DNA of 64,000 nt from Candidatus Hydrogenedentota bacterium (GCA_963668025.2 CAXXTH010000011.1:32001-96000); one strand, 5' to 3'. Counted from the stretch's first letter, positions 33,556 to 43,518 are shown. Made by a program: numbers and translations. The notes: a model not told the origin generated them from the letters alone.

Positions 33556-34281
33556 GTGCCGCCTGTCCGCAAATTGCGCACCACCGTGGCCTCGGTCGAA
33601 GACCACGGCGAAGACGTGTATACCGTCACCTTGGTTCCCGAGTCGCCTGTGCCCGCATTCCGGGCAGGCCAATTCCTGCATTTGGCGCTGGATGCGTATG
33701 ACCCATCCAGCCATTGGCCCGAGTCCCGCGTATTTTCCATTGCAAATGCGCCGTCAAACCGGGAGATGCTCCGCGTCACCTACACGGTGAAAGGCCCCTA
33801 CACGCGGCGCATGGCTGCCGAGATCAAGCCCGGCGCGGAAGTGTGGGTGAAGCTGCCTTATGGTTCTTTCCGTATCGAACCGGAGCCTGGCCGCGAAATG
33901 GCCCTGGTGGCGGGAGGCACGGGAATCACGCCATTTATCTCGTTTCTTGAGCTGGCCTGCGCCAAAGGCTGCGATGCGCCTATTCACCTATTCTACGGCG
34001 TGCGCAAACCGCCGCTGGCGCTGTATCAGCCCCTCATTGAAGAGGCGAAGCATCAGCTCAGCGCGTTTTCGTACCACTTGTTTTCAGAAGAAACCGATGC
34101 AATGCCCGAAGGCGCGACTGCCGGGCGGCTGGCCCCGGCGCAAGCCGCCGCTCGAGTGCGCGACAAGGAAAACGCCATTTTCTACTTATCTGGCCCGCCC
34201 ATTATGATCGATGTTTTCCGCTCCGGCCTCACGGGCTTGGGTATTGCGTCCGCTCATATCCGAGTGGACGACTGGGACTAG
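33556..34281 (+). CDS. FAD/NAD(P)-binding ferredoxin-reductase-family oxidoreductase (probable E3-like partner, no 2Fe-2S domain)
   Basis: FRAGQFL, RVFSIAN, PYGSF, AGGTGITP and YLSGPP motifs. Confidence 0.8.
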   Translation: MPPVRKLRTTVASVEDHGEDVYTVTLVPESPVPAFRAGQFLHLALDAYDPSSHWPESRVFSIANAPSNREMLRVTYTVKGPYTRRMAAEIKPGAEVWVKLPYGSFRIEPEPGREMALVAGGTGITPFISFLELACAKGCDAPIHLFYGVRKPPLALYQPLIEEAKHQLSAFSYHLFSEETDAMPEGATAGRLAPAQAAARVRDKENAIFYLSGPPIMIDVFRSGLTGLGIASAHIRVDDWD

Positions 34282-34302
34282 ATTTATAAACAGCATCCCA
34301 TT

Positions 34303-35865
34303 TTATGCTTCCCAGCCGCCGCCAATGGCCTTGATGAGCAGAATCGTCGAGGCGATCCGTTGGTATAAAATGTCCACGTCGGACAATTCATTACTCAGTA
34401 CGGTTTGCTCCGCATTTACGACTTGCATGTAATCGGATGTTCCCGTTTTGTACTCGATTTGAGTCAGCCGCAGGTATTCGCGGGCCGCTTCGGAGGCCTT
34501 TGTCTGTGATTCGGCCTGTATCGCACGCTGGTGCAGGTCCGTTAATGAATCCTCTACGTCCAGAAACGCGCCCAAAACGCTGGTCCGATATGTGGCTTCA
34601 AGTTCATCATACCGCGCTTTAGCCTGCTGCAAACTGGCCTTCAATTGCCCGCCCTTGAAGATGGGCAATGAAATGCTCGGCCCGAGGGACCAATACCGGT
34701 TTTGCCAGTCAAGAACTTCTCCGATGTCGGAGCTTTGGAAACCTGCGCTTCCGGTCAGTTTGATGGTCGGAAAGAAATCCGCTTGTGCGACTCCTATTTC
34801 AGCGCAAGCGGCAACGAGATTCTGTTCAGCCTCCGCCACATCGGGCCTGCGCCGGAGCAAGTCTGATGGCAAGCCTGCGGGAATCGTAGGCGGCGTTGTG
34901 GTAAGCGGCCGCGCAGCGAGCGAAAACTGGGATGGCGCACGCCCCAGTAGAATGGCTATGGCATGTTCCAGATCGGTGCGTTGCCGGTTTGTATCCGCGG
35001 CCTGCGCACGGGTGGACTCGAGTTGGATCCTCGCCTGCAAGGCGTCCGTTTCGCTCTCCAATCCAGATTGATATTGCCATTGTGTCAAATCGGCTTGCTC
35101 CTGATAAAGGGCTAGATTCTTGTTAATGATCTCCACTTGCGAGTCCAGCGAACGGATGTTGAAATAGTTTTTTACGAGATCAGCCAAAAGGGTCTGGCGG
35201 ACCAACTCGAGGTCGTAGGCGGACGCCATTCTCTGGGCTTGCGCGGATTCATACGACCGGCGGATGCGCCCCCACATGTCTATTTCGTAAGAAAGATCGA
35301 ACGGAACCTGGAAACCACTGCTAAAAGATGGTTTGGAGGCCCCATCCTCGGATGAACTCGAAGTCAGCGAAGTGCTTGTTCCCGTGCTGCTTGTGGTTCC
35401 CGTACCGCTCGTATCGCCTTCAGCCAAGGCGCTGATCTGGTCGACAATGCTCGACATCTTTTCCACGGTGGTAATGGCTTCCGATAGCTTATCTGATGAA
35501 TCGGATGAAGTGGATGCCCCTGGCGTGCGTGAACGGGACGCGGAAAAGCCCGAGGTGATCACGGGGAAGAACGAGCCTTTGACCGACGCAGCCGAAGCGC
35601 GGGATTGCTCGACGCGGGCCATGGCAGCTTTGACGTCTTGATTGGCCACAAGCGCTTCTTCCACGAGGGCATCGAGTTCCGGATCCTGGAAGAGCCGCCA
35701 CCACTCCTGGCTAAGCCCAGGCTGGGCCAGCTCATCTTCGGAAGCGCTCTTGAAGCTGGCGGGCATGTCCAATTCAGGGCGTTGATAATCCGGGCCTGTT
35801 TTACATGATGCGGCAGCTAAAACGAATAGTAAAACGCCCGCTGTTGTCGCGATAGCCTTATTCAT
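34303..35865 (-). CDS. Efflux outer-membrane lipoprotein (NodT/OprM/TolC family)
   Basis: Lipobox AAS-C, GPDYQRP, WWRLFQDPELDAL, SYEIDMWGR, PSDLLRRRPDV and KAIGGGW motifs. Confidence 0.93.
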   Translation of the reverse strand: MNKAIATTAGVLLFVLAAASCKTGPDYQRPELDMPASFKSASEDELAQPGLSQEWWRLFQDPELDALVEEALVANQDVKAAMARVEQSRASAASVKGSFFPVITSGFSASRSRTPGASTSSDSSDKLSEAITTVEKMSSIVDQISALAEGDTSGTGTTSSTGTSTSLTSSSSEDGASKPSFSSGFQVPFDLSYEIDMWGRIRRSYESAQAQRMASAYDLELVRQTLLADLVKNYFNIRSLDSQVEIINKNLALYQEQADLTQWQYQSGLESETDALQARIQLESTRAQAADTNRQRTDLEHAIAILLGRAPSQFSLAARPLTTTPPTIPAGLPSDLLRRRPDVAEAEQNLVAACAEIGVAQADFFPTIKLTGSAGFQSSDIGEVLDWQNRYWSLGPSISLPIFKGGQLKASLQQAKARYDELEATYRTSVLGAFLDVEDSLTDLHQRAIQAESQTKASEAAREYLRLTQIEYKTGTSDYMQVVNAEQTVLSNELSDVDILYQRIASTILLIKAIGGGWEA

Positions 35866-35904
35866 ATATGCACCTCATGGCTTTTCAGCGTTCTAAGTAA
35901 GATT

Positions 35905-37110
35905 TTACTCATGGCGCAGCGCCTCGATAGGATCTAGGCGCGCTGCCTTCCTAGCAGGGAAGAAGCCAAACACGACGCCCACTGCGGCGGAGAATAGAAA
36001 TGCAACAAAGATGATCTGAGCATTGAATACAAACGGCACATTCAAGACGCTGGTGAGCACGAGAGAAGCGCCTAATGCGATTATGATCCCGATCAATCCG
36101 CCGCAAGAAGACAGCACGACGGCTTCGACCAGAAACTGGAGGAGCACCTCGCGTTCCAATGCCCCGATGGCGAGGCGGGTGCCAATTTCGCGGGTGCGCT
36201 CGGTGACCGATACGAGCATGATGTTCATGATGCCAATGCCGCCTACCAGCAAGCTCACCGCGGCCACGGCGCTCAGCAGACCTGTCAATACTCTCGTGGT
36301 GCCCGAGAGCATCGTCGCTATTTCTTTCATGTCCATGACGTTAAAATTGTCTTCTTCCGATTCTGCCAGATGCCGCCGGGCGCGCATCAGCAGTCCGATT
36401 TCTTCCTTTGCTTGGTCGGTGGAGAAACCATCTTTGATGGATACCTGGATAAGATTCACGTTTTCATTGCCCGAGATACGGCGTTGTAAGGTCCGTAAAG
36501 GCATCAACACGACATCATCCTGATCGTTGCCCATCGAGGACTGGCCCTTGCTTTTGAGCAGTCCAATCACTTCACAAGAGATTTTGTTCAGGCGTATCTT
36601 GCTGCCGACCGGGCTTTGGCTGCCAAAGAGCTTGGTGCGCACGGTCTCGCCAATCACGCATACGGACGCACCAGCCCGCACCTCCACTTCATTGAAATTA
36701 CGGCCTTCCTTAATATGATTATTGCTTACAGTCAAATAGTCAGCGGTGGTTCCGGTGATGGAGGTCGTCCAGTTCTCATTTCCCAATATAGCGGTCAATG
36801 AGCTGTTCGACGCTGGCGCCACTGCCTTGACTGAGGATATATCGCGGGCAATGGCCTCGGCATCATTAAGCTTGAATGGAGAGGCCCCTTCTTGCTGTCC
36901 TGGCCCCATGCGCTTGCCTGGGCTCACCATCAATAAATTGCTGCCCAGACTCGATATCTGATCCGTGACTTGCTGGGTGGCTCCACCGCCAAGCGTCACC
37001 AGGATGATGACCGCGGACACGCCGATGATAATACCCAGCATGGTTAGAAACGAGCGCATGACATTTCGGCGCAGCTCACGCAACGCCAGCAATAATGCAT
37101 TTACTAGCAT
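35905..37110 (-). CDS. MacB-like ABC transporter permease
   Basis: [38 protein letters not shown] and [15 protein letters not shown] motifs. Confidence 0.95.
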   Translation of the reverse strand: MLVNALLLALRELRRNVMRSFLTMLGIIIGVSAVIILVTLGGGATQQVTDQISSLGSNLLMVSPGKRMGPGQQEGASPFKLNDAEAIARDISSVKAVAPASNSSLTAILGNENWTTSITGTTADYLTVSNNHIKEGRNFNEVEVRAGASVCVIGETVRTKLFGSQSPVGSKIRLNKISCEVIGLLKSKGQSSMGNDQDDVVLMPLRTLQRRISGNENVNLIQVSIKDGFSTDQAKEEIGLLMRARRHLAESEEDNFNVMDMKEIATMLSGTTRVLTGLLSAVAAVSLLVGGIGIMNIMLVSVTERTREIGTRLAIGALEREVLLQFLVEAVVLSSCGGLIGIIIALGASLVLTSVLNVPFVFNAQIIFVAFLFSAAVGVVFGFFPARKAARLDPIEALRHE

Positions 37111-37838
37111 CAGGCTTCCTCCTTATGCACATGATCGGTGTGGAGCAGCCCATCTTTGAATTGCACGGTGCGATTGGCGTATATAGCCATATCCGGCTCA
37201 TGCGTCACCATTACGATGGTGATGCCCAAGTCCTGATTAAATGAGGTGAGTATATCCATGATTTCCTTGCTTCGCGTGGAATCCAAATTTCCCGTAGGTT
37301 CATCCGCCAACAATACGACGGGCTGAGTGACGATGGCGCGTGCGATGGCGACCCGCTGCTGCTGGCCTCCCGACAGTTCGCTGGGCGTGTGGTGCTCCCA
37401 TCCTGTCAATCCCACTTGCGCTAATGCTTGGCGTGCATGCATATGGCGTATGTGGGCTTTTTCGCCGCGATAAATCAACGGAAGCTCCACATTCTCCTGC
37501 GCTGAGGTGCGGTTGAGCAGATTGAACCCCTGGAAAATAAATCCCAGGTAAAAACGGCGCAGCATCGCCCGCTGATTCCGTGTAATCCGCCCTACCTCGA
37601 TGCCCTGAAAGCTATATGTGCCTGCGGTGGGCGTATCTAGGCAGCCAAGAATGTTCATGCAGGTGCTCTTTCCCGAGCCGCTAGGCCCCATCACGGCGAC
37701 AAATTCTCCCGGGAAAATGCGCAGGTCTATGCCACGCAACGCTTCCATCGTCGCGGAGCCGGAGCCATATACTTTTGTTACCCCGGCTAATTCGATGATA
37801 GGCTGGTTCGCCTTGTTATCTGTATCTAATGTGTTCAT
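37110..37838 (-). CDS. ABC transporter ATP-binding protein (MacB/LolD-like)
   Basis: [18 protein letters not shown] and ADEPTGNLD motifs. Confidence 0.95.
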   Translation of the reverse strand: MNTLDTDNKANQPIIELAGVTKVYGSGSATMEALRGIDLRIFPGEFVAVMGPSGSGKSTCMNILGCLDTPTAGTYSFQGIEVGRITRNQRAMLRRFYLGFIFQGFNLLNRTSAQENVELPLIYRGEKAHIRHMHARQALAQVGLTGWEHHTPSELSGGQQQRVAIARAIVTQPVVLLADEPTGNLDSTRSKEIMDILTSFNQDLGITIVMVTHEPDMAIYANRTVQFKDGLLHTDHVHKEEA

Positions 37839-39163
37839 TATTTCGCCGCAGTTATCTGGTTAGTGACCAATTCCATTCCCGGTTCGATTTCTCCACTGAG
37901 CACTTCCGTCATTACGCCGTCGCTCAGCCCCTTTGTAATGAGGATCGGAACCAGTTGGCCGTCGCGGAGCGTCCACACTTGCTGCTCTTTCTCTTTCGAA
38001 TTGCCGTTTGCCCGCTGCTTGGTTTCCGAGCTGGGCGGACGCGGCATAATTGCACTTATCAAGCTGCCACTCGATTTGCTGGACTCTTCCGCTTGAGGCG
38101 GAGCGAAACGTAATGCCGCATTGGGAACCAGGAGCGCGTTTTCCCGCTTTTCCACGGTAATCTCCGCAGTCGCGGTCATGCCAGGACGCAATTTGAGGCT
38201 GGAATTATCAACCGCCAGTATCCCCTTATACGTCACAACGCCCTCGGTGGTTTCCGAGCCATACCGCACTTGCGTCGTGCGCGCGAGAAATTCTTGATCA
38301 GAATATGCAGCCACGGTGAAAGTGGCATCTTGGCCTTCTTTCACCTGGCCCACATCCGCTTCATCCACATCCACTTGCAGCTCCATTTGTGTCAGGTCTT
38401 CCGCGAGCGTAAACAGGATCGGCGACTCGAAGGAAGCGGCCACCGTTTGGCCAGGCTCGATATCCCGTTCCAGGACAATGCCGTTGATCGGCGAATGCAC
38501 CAACGCTTTCGCCAGATCAGAACGGTTTGCATCCAATGTCGCTTGCGCCTGCGCCACGGAAGCTTTCGCGCTGGCTTCGTCGGCATGGGCGCGGGCCAGC
38601 TCGGCTTTTTGGGTGTCAAATTCATTTTTAGAAGGGATTTTGCCTCCGCTCAACTCGCGGGCCTCGGTTAGCCGGGCCATCTGGGCGTTTGCCTCCTGCA
38701 CCGTGGCTTGCGTTTGAAGCAGCTTGGCGCGTGCTGAGTCTAGCGCCGCTTCCGACTGGAGCGATTGCGCCTCGAGCTTCGATGTGTCTAGCTCCGCCAG
38801 CAATTGCCCTACTTCCACATGGTCGTTGTAATCAACTTCCACCGACTTTATCGTGCCCGACACCTCGATGCCGACTTCGACTGTCTTGATGGGTTCAAGG
38901 GTGCCTGTCGCCCCCACCGTCACAACGAGATCTCCCCGGCTCACCGCTTTGGTCTCATATTGCACCGCGTTTGTCGTGTCCCGATGCAAATAGAATATCC
39001 CCGCAGCCACAATCACGGTGATTAGCGCCATCCAAAACAGCAAGCGCCGCAGCCATGATTTTTTGGCATGTGCTCCCGTGCCAAGCGTTTTCGCGATGTC
39101 ATTTGTCTGATTCATGTTAGGATTCATCATCGTCTTTGCCCGATCTGGTTGCGTTTGTTTCAT
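37838..39163 (-). CDS. Periplasmic adaptor / membrane fusion protein (MacA/HlyD family)
   Basis: N-terminal TM; GTLEP..VEVG.EVSG, SPINGIV, VDEADVG and LRPGMTA motifs; exact start uncertain. Confidence 0.92.
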   Translation of the reverse strand: MKQTQPDRAKTMMNPNMNQTNDIAKTLGTGAHAKKSWLRRLLFWMALITVIVAAGIFYLHRDTTNAVQYETKAVSRGDLVVTVGATGTLEPIKTVEVGIEVSGTIKSVEVDYNDHVEVGQLLAELDTSKLEAQSLQSEAALDSARAKLLQTQATVQEANAQMARLTEARELSGGKIPSKNEFDTQKAELARAHADEASAKASVAQAQATLDANRSDLAKALVHSPINGIVLERDIEPGQTVAASFESPILFTLAEDLTQMELQVDVDEADVGQVKEGQDATFTVAAYSDQEFLARTTQVRYGSETTEGVVTYKGILAVDNSSLKLRPGMTATAEITVEKRENALLVPNAALRFAPPQAEESSKSSGSLISAIMPRPPSSETKQRANGNSKEKEQQVWTLRDGQLVPILITKGLSDGVMTEVLSGEIEPGMELVTNQITAAK

Positions 39164-39830
39164 CGCTTCTGGTTGCCGTGTTCGTGTGTCCGTGATTGTT
39201 CCGGGAAATCGCCTTGACTCCGGCCAGTGAAAATTTCAAGATGTGGTCTGCAAGGCAGTTTATTTCTGCTTCCGTGATCCCAAAAATGGTCCTTGGGCCT
39301 TCATCATCGCCCGGTCCTGGCGCGGCCATAAAGCATTGTGAGACAATGCTCATCTCACACCATTCCACTTCTTTTTGCATCGCACCAGGCCCTAAGAGCT
39401 CGCGTATGATTTCCTGGATGAGCGTCCGATCCTGGTCTAGCCGCGAATCCAAAAGCTCCACCAGCAATCCGGTGGGGTCAAATCGTTCCGCCATCAGGAT
39501 CCGGTGAAGAGCCCCCAAGCGCTCCGGATCAAACATCCGGCACAGATGGGCATGAATGAGGGCCCATAACCGCTTATCCGAAGCTGCCGTGGATGGCAGG
39601 CCCCCATCCAAGGGGTATAACGTTTCCGCCTTTTGCGTCAAGTACTCAAAAGCAGCTTTATATAGGATTTGTTTGGCGCCAAAGTAATAATTGATCGCTG
39701 CCGTATTGGTGCGCGCCCGGCGGCAGATTTCCGCATGAGTCGCGTCCCGAAATCCTTTTTCGGCGAAGACCTTGCATGCTTCCTCAAGAATTCGGTTTTT
39801 CGTGATTTGTCCGCGCCGTTGACCGTTCAT
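39117..39830 (-). CDS. TetR-family regulator (CecR/YbiH-like)
   Basis: RILEEACKVFAEKGF..AT..EIC..A..N.AAINYYFG.K HTH; ATG at 39830 with GAGG RBS. Confidence 0.9.
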   Translation of the reverse strand: MNGQRRGQITKNRILEEACKVFAEKGFRDATHAEICRRARTNTAAINYYFGAKQILYKAAFEYLTQKAETLYPLDGGLPSTAASDKRLWALIHAHLCRMFDPERLGALHRILMAERFDPTGLLVELLDSRLDQDRTLIQEIIRELLGPGAMQKEVEWCEMSIVSQCFMAAPGPGDDEGPRTIFGITEAEINCLADHILKFSLAGVKAISRNNHGHTNTATRSDETNATRSGKDDDES

Positions 39831-39879
39831 CGCATCTACCTCAATCAAAATCAATCGTTTATTTCAACTGAACAATTCA

Positions 39880-39908
39880 ATTATAGAATAGAAAATCCGT
39901 TTTTGCAA
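39880..39908 (-). promoter_or_regulatory. Sigma70 promoter of the TetR-efflux operon
   Basis: TTGCAA-17 nt-TATAAT on the minus strand. Confidence 0.7.
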
Positions 39909-40039
39909 GTTTTTTTATCATGCTGGATTCCGTTGTGATTACATAACCTAAGGTGAAAAAAAACAGGCATGCCGTTACACTTCTTACGCAAATTTAAATT
40001 GCGCATAAGAGTTCATAACGGAAAGAGGAAATAGGCAAA

Positions 40040-40069
40040 CAACAACAAAAAGCGGCTTGCCGCCGCTTT
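40040..40069 (-). terminator. Rho-independent terminator downstream of the small ORF
   Basis: Minus strand AAAGCGGC-GGCAA-GCCGCTTT followed by TTGTTGTTGTTT. Confidence 0.55.
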
Positions 40070-40201
40070 AGGTGTGCAGTTTTTTATGCATGTGTCGGTT
40101 TGATGCGGGCACTGAGTGGACCTTTCCAGGTTGCGTCCCATGAAAAGATGGCGCATCACCCAATAAGGTGGTTCATCCGGCGACGGGAAAAATTTCTGAT
40201 T

Positions 40202-40354
40202 TTAGACGGTCGTAGTTCCCTTGTTGATTTTATCGGCAAGCGCAAGCAAAAAAGTGAAAACCGCGTTCATCATGGAAGTGACAGCGGCCAGAATATCGGA
40301 AATGGTTTCATCAGCGGCTTTCACTACGGTGACAGGACGAATGTGCGCCATCAT
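40202..40354 (-). CDS. Small 50-aa protein, absent from the supplied ORF track
   Basis: MMAHIRPVTVVKAADETISDILAAVTSMMNAVFTFLLALADKINKGTTTV*; RBS AAAGGGAGA just upstream; terminator downstream. Confidence 0.65.
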   Translation of the reverse strand: MMAHIRPVTVVKAADETISDILAAVTSMMNAVFTFLLALADKINKGTTTV

Positions 40355-40473
40355 ATTTCTCCCTTTGTGTCCCGCGCATGGGCGTTTATTACCTATAGGC
40401 GAACCAGGTTAGCGGGTGGTTTTCCCGCCTGGGAATCACAGTATCATATCAGCCGGTGCCGGATACAACTTGA

Positions 40474-41349
40474 TTGAGCGATATTATCAAAGGGTGCGGC
40501 CAAAGGTTGTTTGCCGGTGTGGGAATCCGGCAAAATGCCGATGTGAATCAAGAACACGACAAACAAAAGCAGGTGGCGGCGGCCCTTGAACTCCTCTATG
40601 CCCAATACGGTGCCCGTGCATTTGTGTACCCGGATCCCCTTCATTTCTTGTATGAGTATTCCGCCGCGCAAGACCGGGAAATCGTGGGAATGATTGCGTC
40701 GTCATTGGCGTTTGGTAACGTGAGGCAAATCGCGAACAGCGTGCGCCTGGTGCTCGATTTAATGGGAAGCCCAGCCCAATTCGTGCTGGGCTCTTCTCTG
40801 GGTTCCTTGAAACGGCTCTTTAAGGATTTCAAGCATCGCTATGTTGGTGGCGCTGAATTGAGCGCGTTAATGGAAGGAATACGCGGAGCTATCGAGGAAT
40901 ACGGTTCGCTGCAAGCATGTTTCATGTCCGGATTTGATACGGCGCATGAGAATGTGCTGGCGGCGGAGATTCACTTCGTCTCCGTATTGAACCGGAAAGC
41001 GTCGAGCCGTAATTTTTTACTGCCGGATCCGCGTGCGGGAAGCGCCTGCAAGCGATTGCAGCTCTACTTGCGCTGGATGGTCCGGCAAGATGCCGTGGAT
41101 CCAGGCGGTTGGGAGCAGATTCCGGCATCCAAGCTCATTATGCCGATGGACACGCATATCTTTCGGGTGGCCCGCTTATTTGGATGGACGCAGCGCAGCC
41201 AGGCGGACATGAAGGCGGCTCTTGAGGTGACCCGCAAGCTGAAGGCGGTTTGCCCGGAAGACCCCGTGAGGTATGATTTTGCCCTCACGAGGCTGTCCAT
41301 GCGCGGAGAAGAAGGGCTGCATGCGTTCCATGCGTCGTGCGGTGAATAA
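40474..41349 (+). CDS. TIGR02757 / DUF2400 family protein (HhH-GPD-like)
   Basis: DPL.F, LAFGNV.QI, SACKRL.LYLRWMVR, D.VDPG.W, PMDTHI and PEDPVRYDFAL motifs; the true start may be GTG at 40543. Confidence 0.88.
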   Translation: MSDIIKGCGQRLFAGVGIRQNADVNQEHDKQKQVAAALELLYAQYGARAFVYPDPLHFLYEYSAAQDREIVGMIASSLAFGNVRQIANSVRLVLDLMGSPAQFVLGSSLGSLKRLFKDFKHRYVGGAELSALMEGIRGAIEEYGSLQACFMSGFDTAHENVLAAEIHFVSVLNRKASSRNFLLPDPRAGSACKRLQLYLRWMVRQDAVDPGGWEQIPASKLIMPMDTHIFRVARLFGWTQRSQADMKAALEVTRKLKAVCPEDPVRYDFALTRLSMRGEEGLHAFHASCGE

Positions 41350-41459
41350 ATGGATTTTCTACTCTAGTTCATAGGCGAATCTAGGGGCAGGAATAGGGGA
41401 GCCAGTAGTGAAGGTTTCTCCTCGAAATAACCAAGGTTGTAACGGAAGGAGATATTCCC

Positions 41460-42056
41460 ATGCAAACACTAGTAACCAATGTAGCGCCTGAATTCAAAGC
41501 ACAAACGGTTATGCCCGACAATACCATCGTGGAGAAGACCTTGTCGGATCTGCGCGGCGGCAAGTATGCGGTGTTGTTCTTCTATCCGCTGGATTTTACG
41601 TTCGTATGTCCCTCGGAGATCATCGCCTTCAACAATAAACTCGATGAGTTCAAGAAGTTGAAATGCGAAGTGATCGGCGTGTCGGTGGATTCGCAGTACA
41701 CCCACTTGGCGTGGAAGAACACTCCCGTCGAAAAGGGCGGTATTGGCAATATTCAATACCCGCTAGTGGCTGACCTCACGAAGAGCATCGCACAGTCCTA
41801 TGGCGTGCTGCTTAACGAAGGAGTGGCCTTGCGCGGCTTGTTTCTAATCGACAAGGCTGGCGTCGTGCGCCACGCCCTCATCAACGATCTGCCGCTAGGC
41901 CGCAGTATCGAAGAAGCCCTGCGTATGGTCGAAGCCCTGCAATTCACCGAAAAGCATGGGGAAGTATGCCCCGCGAATTGGAAACATGGAGCGGATGGCA
42001 TGAAGCCCACGGCGGATGGCGTGGCGGATTACCTGGCTAAACATAAAAACGCCTGA
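41460..42056 (+). CDS. ahpC: 2-Cys peroxiredoxin (AhpC/TSA)
   Basis: [14 protein letters not shown] and GEVCPANW motifs. Confidence 0.93.
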   Translation: MQTLVTNVAPEFKAQTVMPDNTIVEKTLSDLRGGKYAVLFFYPLDFTFVCPSEIIAFNNKLDEFKKLKCEVIGVSVDSQYTHLAWKNTPVEKGGIGNIQYPLVADLTKSIAQSYGVLLNEGVALRGLFLIDKAGVVRHALINDLPLGRSIEEALRMVEALQFTEKHGEVCPANWKHGADGMKPTADGVADYLAKHKNA

Positions 42057-42072
42057 ATTCGGACGTGAAAAC

Positions 42073-42100
42073 AGCCGTGGGCCTTTCGAGGCCCACGGCT
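42073..42100. terminator. Hairpin terminator between convergent ahpC and pspC
   Basis: AGCCGTGGGCCT-TTCG-AGGCCCACGGCT, perfect 12-bp stem. Confidence 0.8.
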
Positions 42101-42109
42101 TATCAATAG

Positions 42110-42493
42110 CTATCCATTTAACCGGCGTTCCCAGTCCCAATCCCGCGCCGTGACAATGCCTTCCATGCGTCCGATGCGCCTATCGAGGTTATCGAACGTG
42201 TTTTTGAGCCGCGTGAGCGCCATGTACCGCGAATTGACATAGGAATCGTAAAACTCGCGGTCCATGTCTTCATGAAACTGCACCACCGGCTCCGGTTTCA
42301 TGGTAAGCGCCAGGAGGATATAGGCCAGCACGCAAGGCCATAGCCCGGTAACAAACGCCAAGACAATCGTTAAAATCCGGAGCCAGAACAACGAAAAACC
42401 GAAATGGTTCGATAGCCCCTTGCATACTCCGAAAATGGCTCCCGTACGGGAGCGGTATAGCCCAGCAGACCAGCCTTCTTGATGCCTATTCAT
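42110..42493 (-). CDS. pspC: Phage shock protein C
   Basis: LYRSR.G.IFGVCKGL..HFG, TM, and C-terminal RMEGIVT..DWDWERRL. Confidence 0.9.
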   Translation of the reverse strand: MNRHQEGWSAGLYRSRTGAIFGVCKGLSNHFGFSLFWLRILTIVLAFVTGLWPCVLAYILLALTMKPEPVVQFHEDMDREFYDSYVNSRYMALTRLKNTFDNLDRRIGRMEGIVTARDWDWERRLNG

Positions 42494-42544
42494 ACACACC
42501 TCCTCTGATGAGAATCCGAATGTTTCCAGCTTGATTGTGGAACG

Positions 42545-43489
42545 CTATTGTTGTTCAAGGCTCACTTTTCCTATATCGGTTCGCAGCACCACTTCGCCGC
42601 CGCCCGTTCCCGCGGTTCCCTTGATGTGTGTTTTTCCCGTTGATTCCGTCCGGGCAAGGGGATATCCGCATTCCACTTTGCCCAAATCAGACGCCATATC
42701 CACGTTAAAAGACTGTCCCGATGGCAGGCCAAGGGCCACTTCTCCAATATTCGTCTTGCAGTGGATGTTTGGAGCGGCGGCAAGCTTGCCAAACTTCATG
42801 TCGATCTTGCCGTTGCCGGTTTTCGCGGATGCATTACCGGCCAGATTCTCGCCACGTATGGCTCCATTGCCGGTGGAAAGGTCCATATCGCCGCTCACAT
42901 CCGTTAGCTGGATCTCTCCATTGCCCACGTCAGCGTGTAATGCGCCGCCTAGCCGTTCCGCTTGGATGGCCCCATTACCAATGGCAATCGACGCCGGGGC
43001 TTGCAGGTTTGAACAAACAACCTTTCCGTTTCCTACATTCACGGTGGAGGCGATGTGTTTCGGCAGGTAAATGGTGAATTTTACTTGGGGATTATGGCTG
43101 TTCAAGCCCCGGTTATTCGTTTTACCCGTGGCCTCGAGCTTTTTCCCGTTCATTTCAATGGCCACTTTTATCTTGCCGAGGAGTTCCCGCGCTTCTTCTT
43201 CATCCAAACATTTTCCACCTATAAACGGTATTCCATCGCTTTCAGCCTTTACACTACGCTCCGCACGGACTACCGCCCGGGCTTCATCCCATCCTTCCAC
43301 GCTCACCGCCCCGTTGTCGTTATGTACAAGCAAAACTGAAATGCTGTCTACAGGAAATTCTTGCTCCGCCATCATAAAGAAGCAGCCATTTTCCTGCTGC
43401 AAGTCCGCTTCTTCAACCACGGTCTCGGCCACGCCCGATAGGCACGCAATCGCAAGGAATAATGTTGTTGCCGGGATAGCATTGAACAT
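42545..43489 (-). CDS. DUF4097 beta-strand-repeat (toast-rack) exported protein
   Basis: Signal peptide; repeated xGNGxI units. Confidence 0.8.
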   Translation of the reverse strand: MFNAIPATTLFLAIACLSGVAETVVEEADLQQENGCFFMMAEQEFPVDSISVLLVHNDNGAVSVEGWDEARAVVRAERSVKAESDGIPFIGGKCLDEEEARELLGKIKVAIEMNGKKLEATGKTNNRGLNSHNPQVKFTIYLPKHIASTVNVGNGKVVCSNLQAPASIAIGNGAIQAERLGGALHADVGNGEIQLTDVSGDMDLSTGNGAIRGENLAGNASAKTGNGKIDMKFGKLAAAPNIHCKTNIGEVALGLPSGQSFNVDMASDLGKVECGYPLARTESTGKTHIKGTAGTGGGEVVLRTDIGKVSLEQQ

Positions 43490-43518
43490 AATGTGGTCCT
43501 CCCATGAAAGCCTATATA

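Noticed and set aside
40100-40477. Plus-strand ORFs 40100-40477 and 40221-40412
   Set aside because: No RBS or motifs; the minus-strand 50-aa ORF has the RBS and terminator support.
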